Positions 19,856-31,429 of a stretch of DNA of 64,000 bases are shown in pieces. A program made the position numbers and the translations under genes. The first letter of the stretch is position 1; each line of letters starts with the position of its first letter. The DNA lies in the NCBI GenBank assembly GCA_003561535.1, contig PWWI01000002.1, positions 43 to 64,042 of the forward strand, written 5' to 3'. This DNA is from Nitriliruptoraceae bacterium. Its GTDB lineage: Bacteria; Actinomycetota; Nitriliruptoria; Nitriliruptorales; Nitriliruptoraceae. The notes below the pieces were generated by a model. The model had not been told where the DNA came from, did no database searches, and saw only the letters and a list, made by a program, of their open reading frames with translations.

Positions 19856-20032
19856 CCGACGCTACCTCGCACCGGTGGGGCGGGGTCCTGGCCGCAGCAC
19901 GCTGGCGCGCGGGCGTCGGAGCCGGCGGACGCCTCGGGACCTCGGCGGACGCCTTGGGACGCCTGCGGCGGGGATCCTCGTAGCGGATGGCCGGCCGTCG
20001 CCAACTAGCGTGGAACCGTCGGAGGTGGTGCC

Positions 20033-20371
20033 GTGCGGCTGTTGGACGTCCGGATCGACGAGCGCGACGAGGGGACCGTGGTGACCCTGTCGGGTCAGTT
20101 GGACGTGGCCACGGCTCCGGATCTGCGGCAGGCGCTCCAGGAGGCCCAGTACGCGGGCGCGCACCGGGTCGTCGTCGACCTCGCCGACCTGCAGTTCCTC
20201 GACTCCTTCGGGCTCGGGGTGTTGGTCGGAGCCTTGCGTCGCGCCCGGCTGCACGGCGGCCGGCTGGTCCTCGCCGGGGCGAACGACCGCATCCGCCAGG
20301 TCCTCGAGGTCACTGGACTGGATCGGACCTTCCAGCTCACGGATGACGTGGCAGCGGTCGTCGACGCCTGA
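20033..20371 (+). CDS. STAS-domain anti-sigma factor antagonist
   Basis: 112 aa. LSGQLDVATAPDLRQAL... VVVDLADLQFLDSFGLGVLVGA. GTG follows GGAGGTGG. Confidence 0.85.
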   Translation: MRLLDVRIDERDEGTVVTLSGQLDVATAPDLRQALQEAQYAGAHRVVVDLADLQFLDSFGLGVLVGALRRARLHGGRLVLAGANDRIRQVLEVTGLDRTFQLTDDVAAVVDA

Positions 20372-20526
20372 CGGCGCGGCCGGCCCCCGACGCGCGGCCC
20401 GACCCCGGTCGACGGTCCAAGCGCTGCCGAGCCGTCAGTGCCCTCGGCTCGTCGGCTCGTCGACGGGTCACTAGCATCGACGGACGGGGTCGGGTCGCCG
20501 GTCGGCCCATCGGAGCAGGAGCGAGC

Positions 20527-21150
20527 GTGGAGCTGGACGAGCGCACGCTGAGCAGCGTGGCCGCGTACGACGAGCACGCGCGCGCCTACCAGGAGTCCCT
20601 GCGCCTGCGCCGCCCCGTCGCCGACGTGCGACGCTTCGCCGCGCTCGCCCAGCGCGGCGATCTGGTCCTCGACGCGGGCTGCGGTCCGGCCAACGACCTG
20701 CGGCTGCTGCGGGACGCGGGCGTCCACCCGGTCGGGGTCGATCTCTCGCTCGGGGCGCTGCGCGAGGCCCGGATGTTGCTGCCGCGCCATCCCCTGGTCC
20801 AGACCCCGCTCCACGATCTGCCCTTCACGCCCCGGTCCTTCGGGGGCCTGTGGTTGTCCGGCAGCTTCGCCCATCTGCCCCGGGCGGCGTGGCGACCGAC
20901 CTTCGCGAAGCTGCTGGGGTTCCTGGACACCGGTCCCGTCTACCTCTCCGGCTACCGCGGTACCGATGATCTCGCTCCCGATGACGACCCGGTGCTCGGC
21001 CGCGTCTACAACTCCTCGGTCACCGAGGTGGAGCTGACGGCGCTGTGTCGTTCGCACGGCCTCCAGGACCTCACCGTCGAGGTGCGACCCGATCCGATCC
21101 GGGATCGGGCTCGGCTGTGGGTCGTGGCGCTCGGGGTCCTGCGGCGCTGA
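20527..21150 (+). CDS. Class I SAM-dependent methyltransferase
   Basis: VLDAGCGPANDL (motif I) and GGLWLSGSFAHL. 207 aa. Confidence 0.8.
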   Translation: MELDERTLSSVAAYDEHARAYQESLRLRRPVADVRRFAALAQRGDLVLDAGCGPANDLRLLRDAGVHPVGVDLSLGALREARMLLPRHPLVQTPLHDLPFTPRSFGGLWLSGSFAHLPRAAWRPTFAKLLGFLDTGPVYLSGYRGTDDLAPDDDPVLGRVYNSSVTEVELTALCRSHGLQDLTVEVRPDPIRDRARLWVVALGVLRR

Positions 21151-21159
21151 GCGGGCCGC

Positions 21160-21292
21160 GCGTGGCAGGGTGCTCCCGTGTGGCACGGCTCCCGCGTGAC
21201 AGGGTGCTCCCGCGTGACAGGGTGCTCCCGCGTGGCAGGGGGCTCCCGCGTGGCAGGGTGCTCCCGCGTGGCACGGCTCTCGCGCGCCACGG
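21160..21292. repeat. 18-bp tandem repeat x7 (gtggcagggtgctcccgc)
   Basis: Units start at 21162, 21180, 21196, 21214, 21232, 21250 and 21268. The array begins 10 nt after the methyltransferase stop. Confidence 0.9.
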
Positions 21293-21371
21293 GGCCCCCG
21301 CGCGGCATCCTTCGGGTCCTGCAGCGAAGAGCCGCACGACCGGGGTCACCGTCGCGGCCGGTGACCCCGCT

Positions 21372-23000
21372 TCACTCCGGCACGTCGAAGCCGTGGACCA
21401 GGTCCATCAACGGGCTCGCGGCCTCGTGGAGCGGGCGGAAGACCAGGTCGGCACCGGCTCGCGCCAGCTCCTCGGCGATGTCGTTGTCGTCGGCGGCGAC
21501 CGCGACGCGGCACTGGTAGCCGGACCGGCGCAGTGAGCTCAACAGTTGGAGGTTCGGTTCGAGTCGTCGCAGGGTGCTGATCACCCAGCGCGTCTGTTCG
21601 AGGGGGATCTGGGAGGCCAGGTCCGGGTCCTCCGCGTCGCCGTAGATCACCGGCACCACCCACGCGTCCGAGCGGACGTTGCGCGGGTTGAAGTCCACAC
21701 CGAGCACCTCGTCACCGCTGTCGACCAGTTCCTGCAGCACCGTGGAACCGAAGCGGCCGAGCCCGACGACCACGTACTCCGGCCGGGGCGCCTCCTCATC
21801 GAGGTCCACGCTGGCCGTGGGCTGCTTGCGCTCGAAGATCCGCAGGGCCGGTTCGATCCGGGCGTAGATCGCATCGGAGTTGGTGATGAGGTAGGTGGAC
21901 GCGCTGATCGTGAACAGCCCGACGGCCGTGACCAGCCCCACCACGTCGTTGTCGATCTGTCCCTGGGTGACCCCGAGCGCGACCAGGATCAGGGAGAACT
22001 CGCTGATCTGGGCCACGGTCAGCCCGGCCTTGAACGAGACCTTCTTCCGGTAGCCCATCAACCCCATGATGATGAGCACGATGATCGGGTTGCCGATGAG
22101 GACGAACAGGCTGAAGATCACCGCCGCGTTCAGTTGCTCGATGGCGCTGGACAGCTCGAACAACGTGCCGAGCTCGATGAAGAAGAACACCAGCAGGAAG
22201 TCCCGCAGGGTCGACAACCGGCCGCTCAGGGCCTCGCGGTAGGGCGTGGACGCCAGTGACATCCCGGCGAGGAACGCGCCGACCTCCTCGCTGAAGCCCA
22301 GCAGGATCGAGATCGCCGCCAACGAGATGGCCCAGGTGACCGCGCCCAGCACCAGCAGCTCGGATGAGCGGGCCAGGACATGGGTGAGGGGGGTCGCGAG
22401 GTAGCGGCCGAAGAGGACCACGGCGCCCAGCAGCAGCAGCGCCCGCACCACGACCCCGACCACCTCGCCGGCCAGGTCGCCCGTCGCATCCCCGGACGCG
22501 GTGATGACGATCATCGCCAGCACCACGACGATGTCCTGCACGATCAGGAACCCGAGCGCGATACGACCGTGCAGGTCCTCGAGTTCGCCCTTGTCGGTGA
22601 GCAGCTTGACGATGATGATGGTCGAGGAGAAGGTGAGCGCCACCGCGATGTAGAGGGCGGGGACGGTGTCGAACCCGAGCCCGATCGCGATGAAGTAGCC
22701 CACCACCGAGGTGAAGATCACCTGGCCGAGGCCCGTGGCCAACGCGACCGGTCCGAGCTTGCTGACCAATCGGACGTCGAGCTTGAGCCCGACCACGAAC
22801 AGCAGCAGCGAGATCCCGATCTTCGCGAGCAGTTCGATCTCCGAGGTGGCTTCGACCAGCCCGAGCACCTCCGGACCGACGGCGATCCCGGCGGCGAGCA
22901 GGCCGACGATCAGCGGCTGCCGCAGGAGTAGCGCCATCGCTCCAGCTGCGACGCACACGGCGAGCACGGCCGCGATCTGTTCGAACGCACCGAGTTCCAC
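21372..23000 (-). CDS. Cation:proton antiporter (CPA2/Kef-type) with C-terminal RCK/TrkA-N domain
   Basis: About 12 TM helices, then [16 protein letters not shown] (Rossmann). GTG at 23000 follows GGGAGGGCGAGG. The track ORF extends to 23117. Confidence 0.85.
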   Translation of the reverse strand: MELGAFEQIAAVLAVCVAAGAMALLLRQPLIVGLLAAGIAVGPEVLGLVEATSEIELLAKIGISLLLFVVGLKLDVRLVSKLGPVALATGLGQVIFTSVVGYFIAIGLGFDTVPALYIAVALTFSSTIIIVKLLTDKGELEDLHGRIALGFLIVQDIVVVLAMIVITASGDATGDLAGEVVGVVVRALLLLGAVVLFGRYLATPLTHVLARSSELLVLGAVTWAISLAAISILLGFSEEVGAFLAGMSLASTPYREALSGRLSTLRDFLLVFFFIELGTLFELSSAIEQLNAAVIFSLFVLIGNPIIVLIIMGLMGYRKKVSFKAGLTVAQISEFSLILVALGVTQGQIDNDVVGLVTAVGLFTISASTYLITNSDAIYARIEPALRIFERKQPTASVDLDEEAPRPEYVVVGLGRFGSTVLQELVDSGDEVLGVDFNPRNVRSDAWVVPVIYGDAEDPDLASQIPLEQTRWVISTLRRLEPNLQLLSSLRRSGYQCRVAVAADDNDIAEELARAGADLVFRPLHEAASPLMDLVHGFDVPE

Positions 23001-23143
23001 CCTCGCCCTCCCGTTGGATGGGTACGATAGTCGGCACGGGACGGAGCAAGGTGATCGGACTGGCCTGGGTCGCGCCCGGGGCGAGGGTGGTGCCGGTCGC
23101 TCCTCAGGTCCGCTCATCCGGCGGCGGCGCAGGCGGCGTCCGC

Positions 23144-23778
23144 TCAGCCGGCCTCGGCGCAGGCGGCGTCGAGCGCTGCCCGGTCGAGGGCGATGCTGGC
23201 GAGCGTGGCGGGCACCAGCGCCTCGTCGGCGTCGCGTACCGGCGTGCTGAGCTCGATCAGGACCAACGCGTCCGCTACCTCGGCGTAGATGCCGCGGACC
23301 ACGAGGGTCTCGGCATCGTCGTCGCGGCCGGCCCCGAAGGTCAGCTCCAGCCCGATGGCCGCGTCGGCGCCGGACACCTCGATGTCGGTGTCCGCCTCGG
23401 CATCGGTGACGGTCAGCGGGGGACGCTCCCGGGTGACGGCAGCGTTGGCGAGGTCGGCGACCGTGCCAGGTCCGCAGCCCACGACGACCTGCAGCGAGCT
23501 CGCATCGGCACGTCCGCCACGCCAGGTGGCGGTCTCGATCACTTCCGGGTCCGGCGGGGTGTCGATCCGCTCCCAGCCACCAGGGACCTCGATGGTGACC
23601 CCGGCGACCTCAGCTGGGCCGGCATCGCACGAGACGGCGAGCAAGGCCACGAGCAGGACGCCACGGGTGAGGGCCCCGCCACGACCACTGGCCCCGCCAC
23701 GACGCCCGGGCCCGCCACGACGCCAACGCGGGACGGCCCACCCGCGTGGGGGGGGCCGTCGCCGTGGGGCAGGAGCGG

Positions 23779-23782
<4 letters not shown>
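23144..23782 (-). CDS. Putative lipoprotein, function unknown
   Basis: [10 protein letters not shown] lipobox. The GTG start overlaps the hppA stop (GTGA). The N-terminal Arg/Gly-rich stretch makes the start uncertain. Confidence 0.55.
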
Positions 23783-25887
<2,105 letters not shown>

Positions 25888-26295
25888 GGGGACGTCCCTT
25901 TCGGTCGTTCCGGTCGGGGGAGGTCCTCCCTCCGCCGGGGGGGTCGGCCGTCGCGCGCGGCGGGAGCCGTGTCGTCGCGCAGGCCTGGTCCGGTTGGATG
26001 CTGCGAAGCTGGTCGGAGCGCGGTGGGGTACCGCGGGGTGGTGGTGTCGACGTCGGGGGTCTCGCTCCGGGCCGGTCCCGAGCAACTCGTCGAGGCCGCC
26101 GCAGGGGGAGCGCTCCGTCGGGTCGACCCGTCGCGGACCGGCAGCACCCCTGGCATGCGAGATGGCGAGACCGTGGGCCGCCACGACTCGCCTACCGTCG
26201 GCGAGCCTAGCGCGAACGGGTTCCTGCCGGCCATCCCCGGTCGTGCGCGACAGCCACAGCCCGTGCGGATCGCGCGCTGATCGGGCATCTGAAGC

Positions 26296-26317
26296 GGGGT
26301 CCCCCTTCGGGGACCCC
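26296..26317. other. Perfect 9-bp stem / 4-nt loop hairpin in the hppA-topA divergent region
   Basis: ggggtcccc-cttc-ggggacccc. Confidence 0.4.
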
Positions 26318-26453
26318 GTCCCGATCCGGCGCCGCCACCTCGACGTCCCACGCCCACCGCGGGATTGACAGATGGGCTCGGTGGCCTCACCTTCCGCGCA
26401 ACTCGTCACCCGCTGGAGGCGTGGCGCTCACACCAGGAAGGGTCTCCCCACCC

Positions 26454-29045
26454 GTGGCAGACAACCTCGTCATCGTCGAGTCACCCGCCAAGGCCAAGAC
26501 CATCGAGCGCTACCTCGGCTCGGGCTACAAGGTCCTGGCCTCCTACGGCCACATCCGCGACCTCCCGCGCTCCGATTTCGCCATCGAGTTCACCGACGCC
26601 GGCGAGGCGGAGCTGGTCTACGAGGTCCCCGAGAGCTCGAAGAAGCACGTGGCCGCCCTACGGAAGGCGGCCAAGGAGGCGACCAGCGTCTGGCTCGCTC
26701 CGGACCTCGACCGGGAGGGAGAGGCGATCGCCTGGCACATCGCCGAGGTGCTCGACCTCGACCTCGATGACACCAAGCGGGTGACCTTCGACGAGATCAC
26801 CGAAGACGCGATCCGGGAGGCCTTCGCGTCACCTCGGCGTCTGAACACCGCCCTGGTCGACGCCCAGCAGGCCCGTCGTGCGGTGGACCGCATCGTTGGC
26901 TACCGCATCTCGCCCGTCCTGTGGCGGGCGGTGGCGTCGGGGATCTCCGCCGGCCGAGTGCAGTCGGTGGCGCTGAGGATGATCGTCGACCGGGAGGAGG
27001 AGATCCGCGCCTTCGTCCCGGAGGAGTACTGGAGCTTCCCGGCCCTGTTCGCCCGCAGCGACAGCGGAACCCCGGAGATCGACGCGAAGCTGCACGCGGT
27101 GGGTCAGCAGCGGGTGACCACGCCGAAGGACCTCGAGGACAAGACCGACGCGCAGCGGGCGGGCCTGAGGGTGGTGCGCACCGAGGCCGAGGCCACGGCT
27201 ATCGCCGAGCAGGCCCGCGGCCTCGACTACCGGGTCGCAGAGGTCCGTCGGACCGAGGCCAAGCGCCAGCCCAAGCCACCGTTCAAGACCTCGACCCTGC
27301 AGGGCGAGGCGTCCAAGTACGGGTTCAGCGCCCGTCAGACGATGGCCGTGGCCCAGCAGCTCTACGAGGGCATCAACCTCGGCGGTGAACAGGTCGGGCT
27401 CATCACCTACATGCGGACCGACTCGCTGAACCTCTCGGACCAGGTGCTCAAGGAGATCGACGGCCACGTCCGCTCGGCCTACGGCGAGCGGTACACCATC
27501 GCCAAGAGCCGCCGGTTCGCATCGAAGGCCAAGGGTGCGCAGGAGGCCCACGAGGCGATCCGCCCCACCTCGATCGCCCGCACCCCCGAGAAGGTGCGCC
27601 GTTACCTCAAGCCCGAGCAGGCCAGGCTCTACGAGCTGATCTGGAAGCGCACCGTCGCGACCCAGATGGCCGCGGCGGTCTTCGACCGGGTCTCCGCCGA
27701 CGTGGTGGGTGGGACCGGCGACGAGGCGCTGACCTTCCGGGTCACCGGGCAGGTGGAGCGCTTCGACGGGTTCCTCCGCGCCTACCGGGCCGTCCGGGAC
27801 GAGGACGAGGGCGCCGACGAGGTCACCGAGTCGCTGCCGGAGCTCGACGAGGGACAGCCGCTGTGGCTCGCGGCGCTCGACCCCGAGCAGCACGAGACCA
27901 GCCCGCCACCGAGGTACTCCGAGCGGACCCTGGTCGAGCGGCTCGAGGAGGAGGGCATCGGCCGCCCATCCACCTACGCGTCGATCATCTCCACCCTGGA
28001 GAGCCGCGAGTACGTCCGCAAGGAGTCCCGCCGGTTCTTCGCCACCCCCCTCGGCGAGGTGGTCGTCTCCTTCCTCACGGCCCACTTCCACGAGATCGTC
28101 GACATCGGTTTCACCTCCCGCATGGAGGACACCCTCGACGACATCGCCGCCGGCGAGGAGGACTGGTCCACCACCGTGCGTCGCTTCCTCGACGAGGTGG
28201 ACGAGTGGGTGCGGGAGCGCAAGCCCGAGCGCCCGCGCCTGCCGCTGTACCACCCCGCCGACTGCCCCGAGTGCGGCGCTCCGATGGAGCGGGTCTTCTC
28301 GGGCAAGTCGAAGCAGTGGTTCGCGTCCTGCAGCCGCTGGCCGGACTGCGACGGCACCCTGCCGCTCGAGGAGGACGGCTCGGTCGGTGAGCCGGAGCCG
28401 GAGCCCGAGCCCGACGAGCGGGTGCGCTGCCCGGAGTGCGAGTCGCCGATGGTCGCTCGAGACGGCAAGTACGGGACCTTCTACGGCTGCGTCGAGTACC
28501 CGAAGTGCAAGGGCATCCGCAACGTCCAGCATCGCCTCATGTACACCGGCGCCGACGGCGAGGTGGTGCCGTTCCGGTCGCCCACCGATCCCACGGGCAG
28601 CTACCTCGAGCGGCGGACGTCGCGCTACGGCAAGCCCTTCGTCGGCTCGACCGGCTATCCGAAGGACGAGTTCGCGGTGTGGTCGCTGCCGATCGCGACC
28701 CCCTGCCCCGAGTGCGGAGCACCGTTGCGCCCGCCCCCGAAGAACCGGCGTGAGCCGGTCGCGGTCTGCACCCACCCCGAGCGCAACCACGTGTTCGCGC
28801 TCGAGGACTTCGATGTCCCGTCGGTGGCCACCTGGACGGTCGTGGAGGGCGTCGAGGCCTTCGATCCCGAACTCGGCGGCGAGCCGCTGGAGACCGAGGA
28901 GGTTCCGGAGCCGATCCCGATGACCTTCACCGGCACCCAGGACCCGCCGGCCAAGAAGAAGGGCTCGAGCGGGAAGAAGTCGACGGCCAAGAAGTCGACG
29001 GCCAAGAAGTCGTCACGCAGGAAGTCGACGGCCAAGAGGCCCTAG
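26454..29045 (+). CDS. topA: DNA topoisomerase I (type IA)
   Basis: LVIVESPAKAKTIERYLG (TOPRIM), LITYMRTDS (active-site Tyr), three CxxC...C Zn-ribbon motifs and a Lys-rich tail. GTG at 26454 is preferred. GTG at 26421 is also possible. Confidence 0.93.
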   Translation: MADNLVIVESPAKAKTIERYLGSGYKVLASYGHIRDLPRSDFAIEFTDAGEAELVYEVPESSKKHVAALRKAAKEATSVWLAPDLDREGEAIAWHIAEVLDLDLDDTKRVTFDEITEDAIREAFASPRRLNTALVDAQQARRAVDRIVGYRISPVLWRAVASGISAGRVQSVALRMIVDREEEIRAFVPEEYWSFPALFARSDSGTPEIDAKLHAVGQQRVTTPKDLEDKTDAQRAGLRVVRTEAEATAIAEQARGLDYRVAEVRRTEAKRQPKPPFKTSTLQGEASKYGFSARQTMAVAQQLYEGINLGGEQVGLITYMRTDSLNLSDQVLKEIDGHVRSAYGERYTIAKSRRFASKAKGAQEAHEAIRPTSIARTPEKVRRYLKPEQARLYELIWKRTVATQMAAAVFDRVSADVVGGTGDEALTFRVTGQVERFDGFLRAYRAVRDEDEGADEVTESLPELDEGQPLWLAALDPEQHETSPPPRYSERTLVERLEEEGIGRPSTYASIISTLESREYVRKESRRFFATPLGEVVVSFLTAHFHEIVDIGFTSRMEDTLDDIAAGEEDWSTTVRRFLDEVDEWVRERKPERPRLPLYHPADCPECGAPMERVFSGKSKQWFASCSRWPDCDGTLPLEEDGSVGEPEPEPEPDERVRCPECESPMVARDGKYGTFYGCVEYPKCKGIRNVQHRLMYTGADGEVVPFRSPTDPTGSYLERRTSRYGKPFVGSTGYPKDEFAVWSLPIATPCPECGAPLRPPPKNRREPVAVCTHPERNHVFALEDFDVPSVATWTVVEGVEAFDPELGGEPLETEEVPEPIPMTFTGTQDPPAKKKGSSGKKSTAKKSTAKKSSRRKSTAKRP

Positions 29046-29052
29046 GGGTAGA

Positions 29053-29125
29053 GGCCCTGGCCCTGGCCGTGGCCGTGGCCCTGGCCGTGGCCGTGGCCGT
29101 GGCCGTGGCCGTGGCCGTGGCCCTG
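29053..29125. repeat. Hexanucleotide microsatellite (GGCC[G/C]T)x12
   Basis: Starts 8 nt after the topA stop. Confidence 0.9.
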
Positions 29126-29139
29126 GGTTGCGGGAGCCA

Positions 29140-29262
29140 CCCCGGCCGGGCGGGTCCGGCTGGCCGCGCGGGTCCGGCTGGCCGCGCGGGTCCGGCTGGC
29201 CGCGCGGGTCCGGCTGGCCGCGCGGGTCCTGCTGGCCGCGCGGGCCCCGCCGGCTGCGCCGG
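29140..29262. repeat. 18-bp tandem repeat x5-6 (gggtccggctggccgcgc)
   Basis: Units start at 29152, 29170, 29188, 29206 and 29224. The tail is degenerate. Confidence 0.85.
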
Positions 29263-29320
29263 CTGCGCGCGCCCCGCCGAGGTCCGGTCGCCGCCTGCCG
29301 TACAGCGGTAGGCTCCGAAG

Positions 29321-31429
29321 ATGGACGAGGACGGCTCGCCGGCAGCCGAGCCGGAACAGATCCCGCCGCGCGGGGGAACCGCGGCGGCGTACCGTGAGTT
29401 GCTCCGCAACCGGTCCTTCCGCGCGCTGGCCTCGGCGACCTTCCTGTCCTCCATGGGGGACTGGATCGGGTTCCTCGCGATCATCGCCCTGACCGCCGAC
29501 ATCCTCGGGCCAACGCGTGCGGCGGCGTTCGCGGTGTCCGGGGTGATGATGGCCAGGGTCGTGCCGAGCCTGCTGCTCGGACCGGTCGCCGGCGTCTTCG
29601 TCGACCGCTGGGACCGCCGTCGGGTCATGATCGCCACGCACCTCGGCCGCGGCGTGGTGATGGCCCTGATCCCCTTCACCAATGAGGTCCTGACCCTCGT
29701 CATGGCGACGCTGATCATCGAGATGATGTCGTCGCTGTTCGCGCCCGCGAAGGACTCGGTGCTGCCGTCGATCGTCCGCCGGTCGGACCTGGTCGCCGCC
29801 AACCAGGTCAACCTGTTGACCACCTACGGCACCCTGCCGTTGGGTGCGGCGGTGTACTCGGTCCTCGTCGCGTTGACGGTGGCCCTGGCACCGGAGGGCA
29901 GCTTCCTGGCTGGTCGGCCCCTGGCCGCCCCGATCTGGTTCAACGCGGCGTCGTTCTTCATCGCCGCGCCACTGATGCTCTTCCTGCGTATCCCACGCCG
30001 CTCCGCCCAGGGCCGGACGCTCGACGTCAACCCGCCGATGGGTGCCTGGAGCTCGCTCAAGCAGGGCTTCCGGTTCGTCGCGACCCAGCCGGTCATCCGC
30101 TCGCTGATCTTCGGGGTCATGGTGGCGTTCGCCGTGGCCGGCGTCGTCATCACGACCGGCGAGTTCTTCGCCAACCTCCTCAACGCCGGTCCGGCTGGCT
30201 ACGGCATCCTGGTGGCCGCGGTCGGTGCCGGTCTGGTCGTGGGTCTGCTCGCCACGGCACCGCTGGCGCACCGCATCGCGCCCGAGCGACTGTTCTCCCC
30301 GGGGATCGGCGTCGCCGGGGGCGCCCTGATCGTGACCGCGCTGATGCCCAACCTGTGGACCGCGATACCCCCGGCGATCCTGATGGGGTTCGGTGCCGGG
30401 ATCTCCTTCATCTGCGGCTACACGATCCTGCAGCAACGGGTGGTGGACTCGATCCGCGGCCGCACCTTCGGCGCCTTCAACTCCGGGGTACGCGTCGCGA
30501 TCTTCGGGTCCTCGGTCGCGGTCCCGCTCCTGATCGGTGTGCTGGGCCGCGAGCGGCGCGAGGTGATCGTCGGCCCCGAAGGTGTGCCGGAGCTCCTCTA
30601 CCCCTACACCTTCGGCGGGGTGCGGATCACGCTGTTGGTCGGGGGAGTGGCTGCGGCGCTCGGCGCCGTGGTCATCGCCCGGTCGCTCGGCGCGGCGCTG
30701 CGCTCGGAGTCGGGGATCGGACTCTCTGCCGCGGCGAACGTGGACACAGGCTCGCTCAAGGGGGCGTTCATCGTCTTCGAGGGGGGTGACGGCTCCGGGA
30801 AGTCGACCCAGATCCGGCTGCTGCGCTCCGCCGTCGAGCGCGCCGGACACCTCGCCGTCGTCACCCGTGAGCCCGGTGGGACCCGGCTCGGCGAGGTGGT
30901 CAGGGAACTGCTCCTGGCCCGCAGCTCCGAGGACATGGACGAGCGGACCGAAGCCCTGCTCTACGCCGCGGCGCGCGCGCAGCATGTCCGCGAGGTGATC
31001 GTGCCCGCGTTGCAGCGCGGCTCGGTGGTGCTGTGCGACCGGTTCATCGACTCCTCGATCGTCTACCAGGGGGCGGCTCGCGGTCTGGGCGAGGAGCGGA
31101 TCGCCGACCTGAACCGCTGGGCGACGGGCGGGCTGGAGCCGGACCTGGTGCTGCTGCTCGATGTCGACCCCGCCGCGGGGCTGGCCCGGGCCAGCAAGGA
31201 CACCGGTCCTGATCGGTTGGAGGCCGCTGGCCTGGAGTTCCACCGGCTCGTCCGCGGCGCGTACCGCCGCCGCGCCGCGACCGATCCGGAGCGGTACCTG
31301 GTCCTCGATACGACCCAACCGGTCGAGGACGTCCACGCCCGCATCCGAGAACGCGTCAGTTTGCTCCTGGGCCTGCCGGCAGCGACGGCCGTCGAGGTGG
31401 TACGGACCCACGACGAGGAGCGGCGGTGA
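29321..31429 (+). CDS. tmk: MFS-type membrane domain fused in frame to thymidylate kinase
   Basis: The first ~470 aa have about 12 TM helices (MFS-like). Then FIVFEGGDGSGKSTQ (P-loop), TREPGGT and DRFIDSSIVYQG. There is no stop codon between the two parts. Confidence 0.8.
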   Translation: MDEDGSPAAEPEQIPPRGGTAAAYRELLRNRSFRALASATFLSSMGDWIGFLAIIALTADILGPTRAAAFAVSGVMMARVVPSLLLGPVAGVFVDRWDRRRVMIATHLGRGVVMALIPFTNEVLTLVMATLIIEMMSSLFAPAKDSVLPSIVRRSDLVAANQVNLLTTYGTLPLGAAVYSVLVALTVALAPEGSFLAGRPLAAPIWFNAASFFIAAPLMLFLRIPRRSAQGRTLDVNPPMGAWSSLKQGFRFVATQPVIRSLIFGVMVAFAVAGVVITTGEFFANLLNAGPAGYGILVAAVGAGLVVGLLATAPLAHRIAPERLFSPGIGVAGGALIVTALMPNLWTAIPPAILMGFGAGISFICGYTILQQRVVDSIRGRTFGAFNSGVRVAIFGSSVAVPLLIGVLGRERREVIVGPEGVPELLYPYTFGGVRITLLVGGVAAALGAVVIARSLGAALRSESGIGLSAAANVDTGSLKGAFIVFEGGDGSGKSTQIRLLRSAVERAGHLAVVTREPGGTRLGEVVRELLLARSSEDMDERTEALLYAAARAQHVREVIVPALQRGSVVLCDRFIDSSIVYQGAARGLGEERIADLNRWATGGLEPDLVLLLDVDPAAGLARASKDTGPDRLEAAGLEFHRLVRGAYRRRAATDPERYLVLDTTQPVEDVHARIRERVSLLLGLPAATAVEVVRTHDEERR

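Noticed and set aside
17477-21150. DISARM-like defence module (helicase + DUF1998 + nearby methyltransferase)
   Set aside because: The DUF1998-type cluster is fused to a housekeeping-type MrfA/YprA-like helicase. The methyltransferase is a small class I SAM enzyme without DNA-MTase motifs. No PLD or DrmD/E-like genes are present, and the locus is syntenic with a conserved actinobacterial core region.
25888-26409. N-terminal extensions of track ORFs (hppA to 26409, wHTH gene to 7919, Kef to 23117, acyl-CoA ligase from 1566, lysS from 58206, SBP from 40101, PNPOx-like from 38559)
   Set aside because: The conserved protein cores begin at internal ATG/GTG codons with good RBS spacing. The upstream parts are low-complexity or run through non-coding repeats.
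29053-29125. (Gly-His)n peptide encoded by the hexamer microsatellite on the minus strand
   Set aside because: It only forms the tail of a spurious 789-aa antisense ORF opposite tmk/MFS. It has no independent start or RBS.
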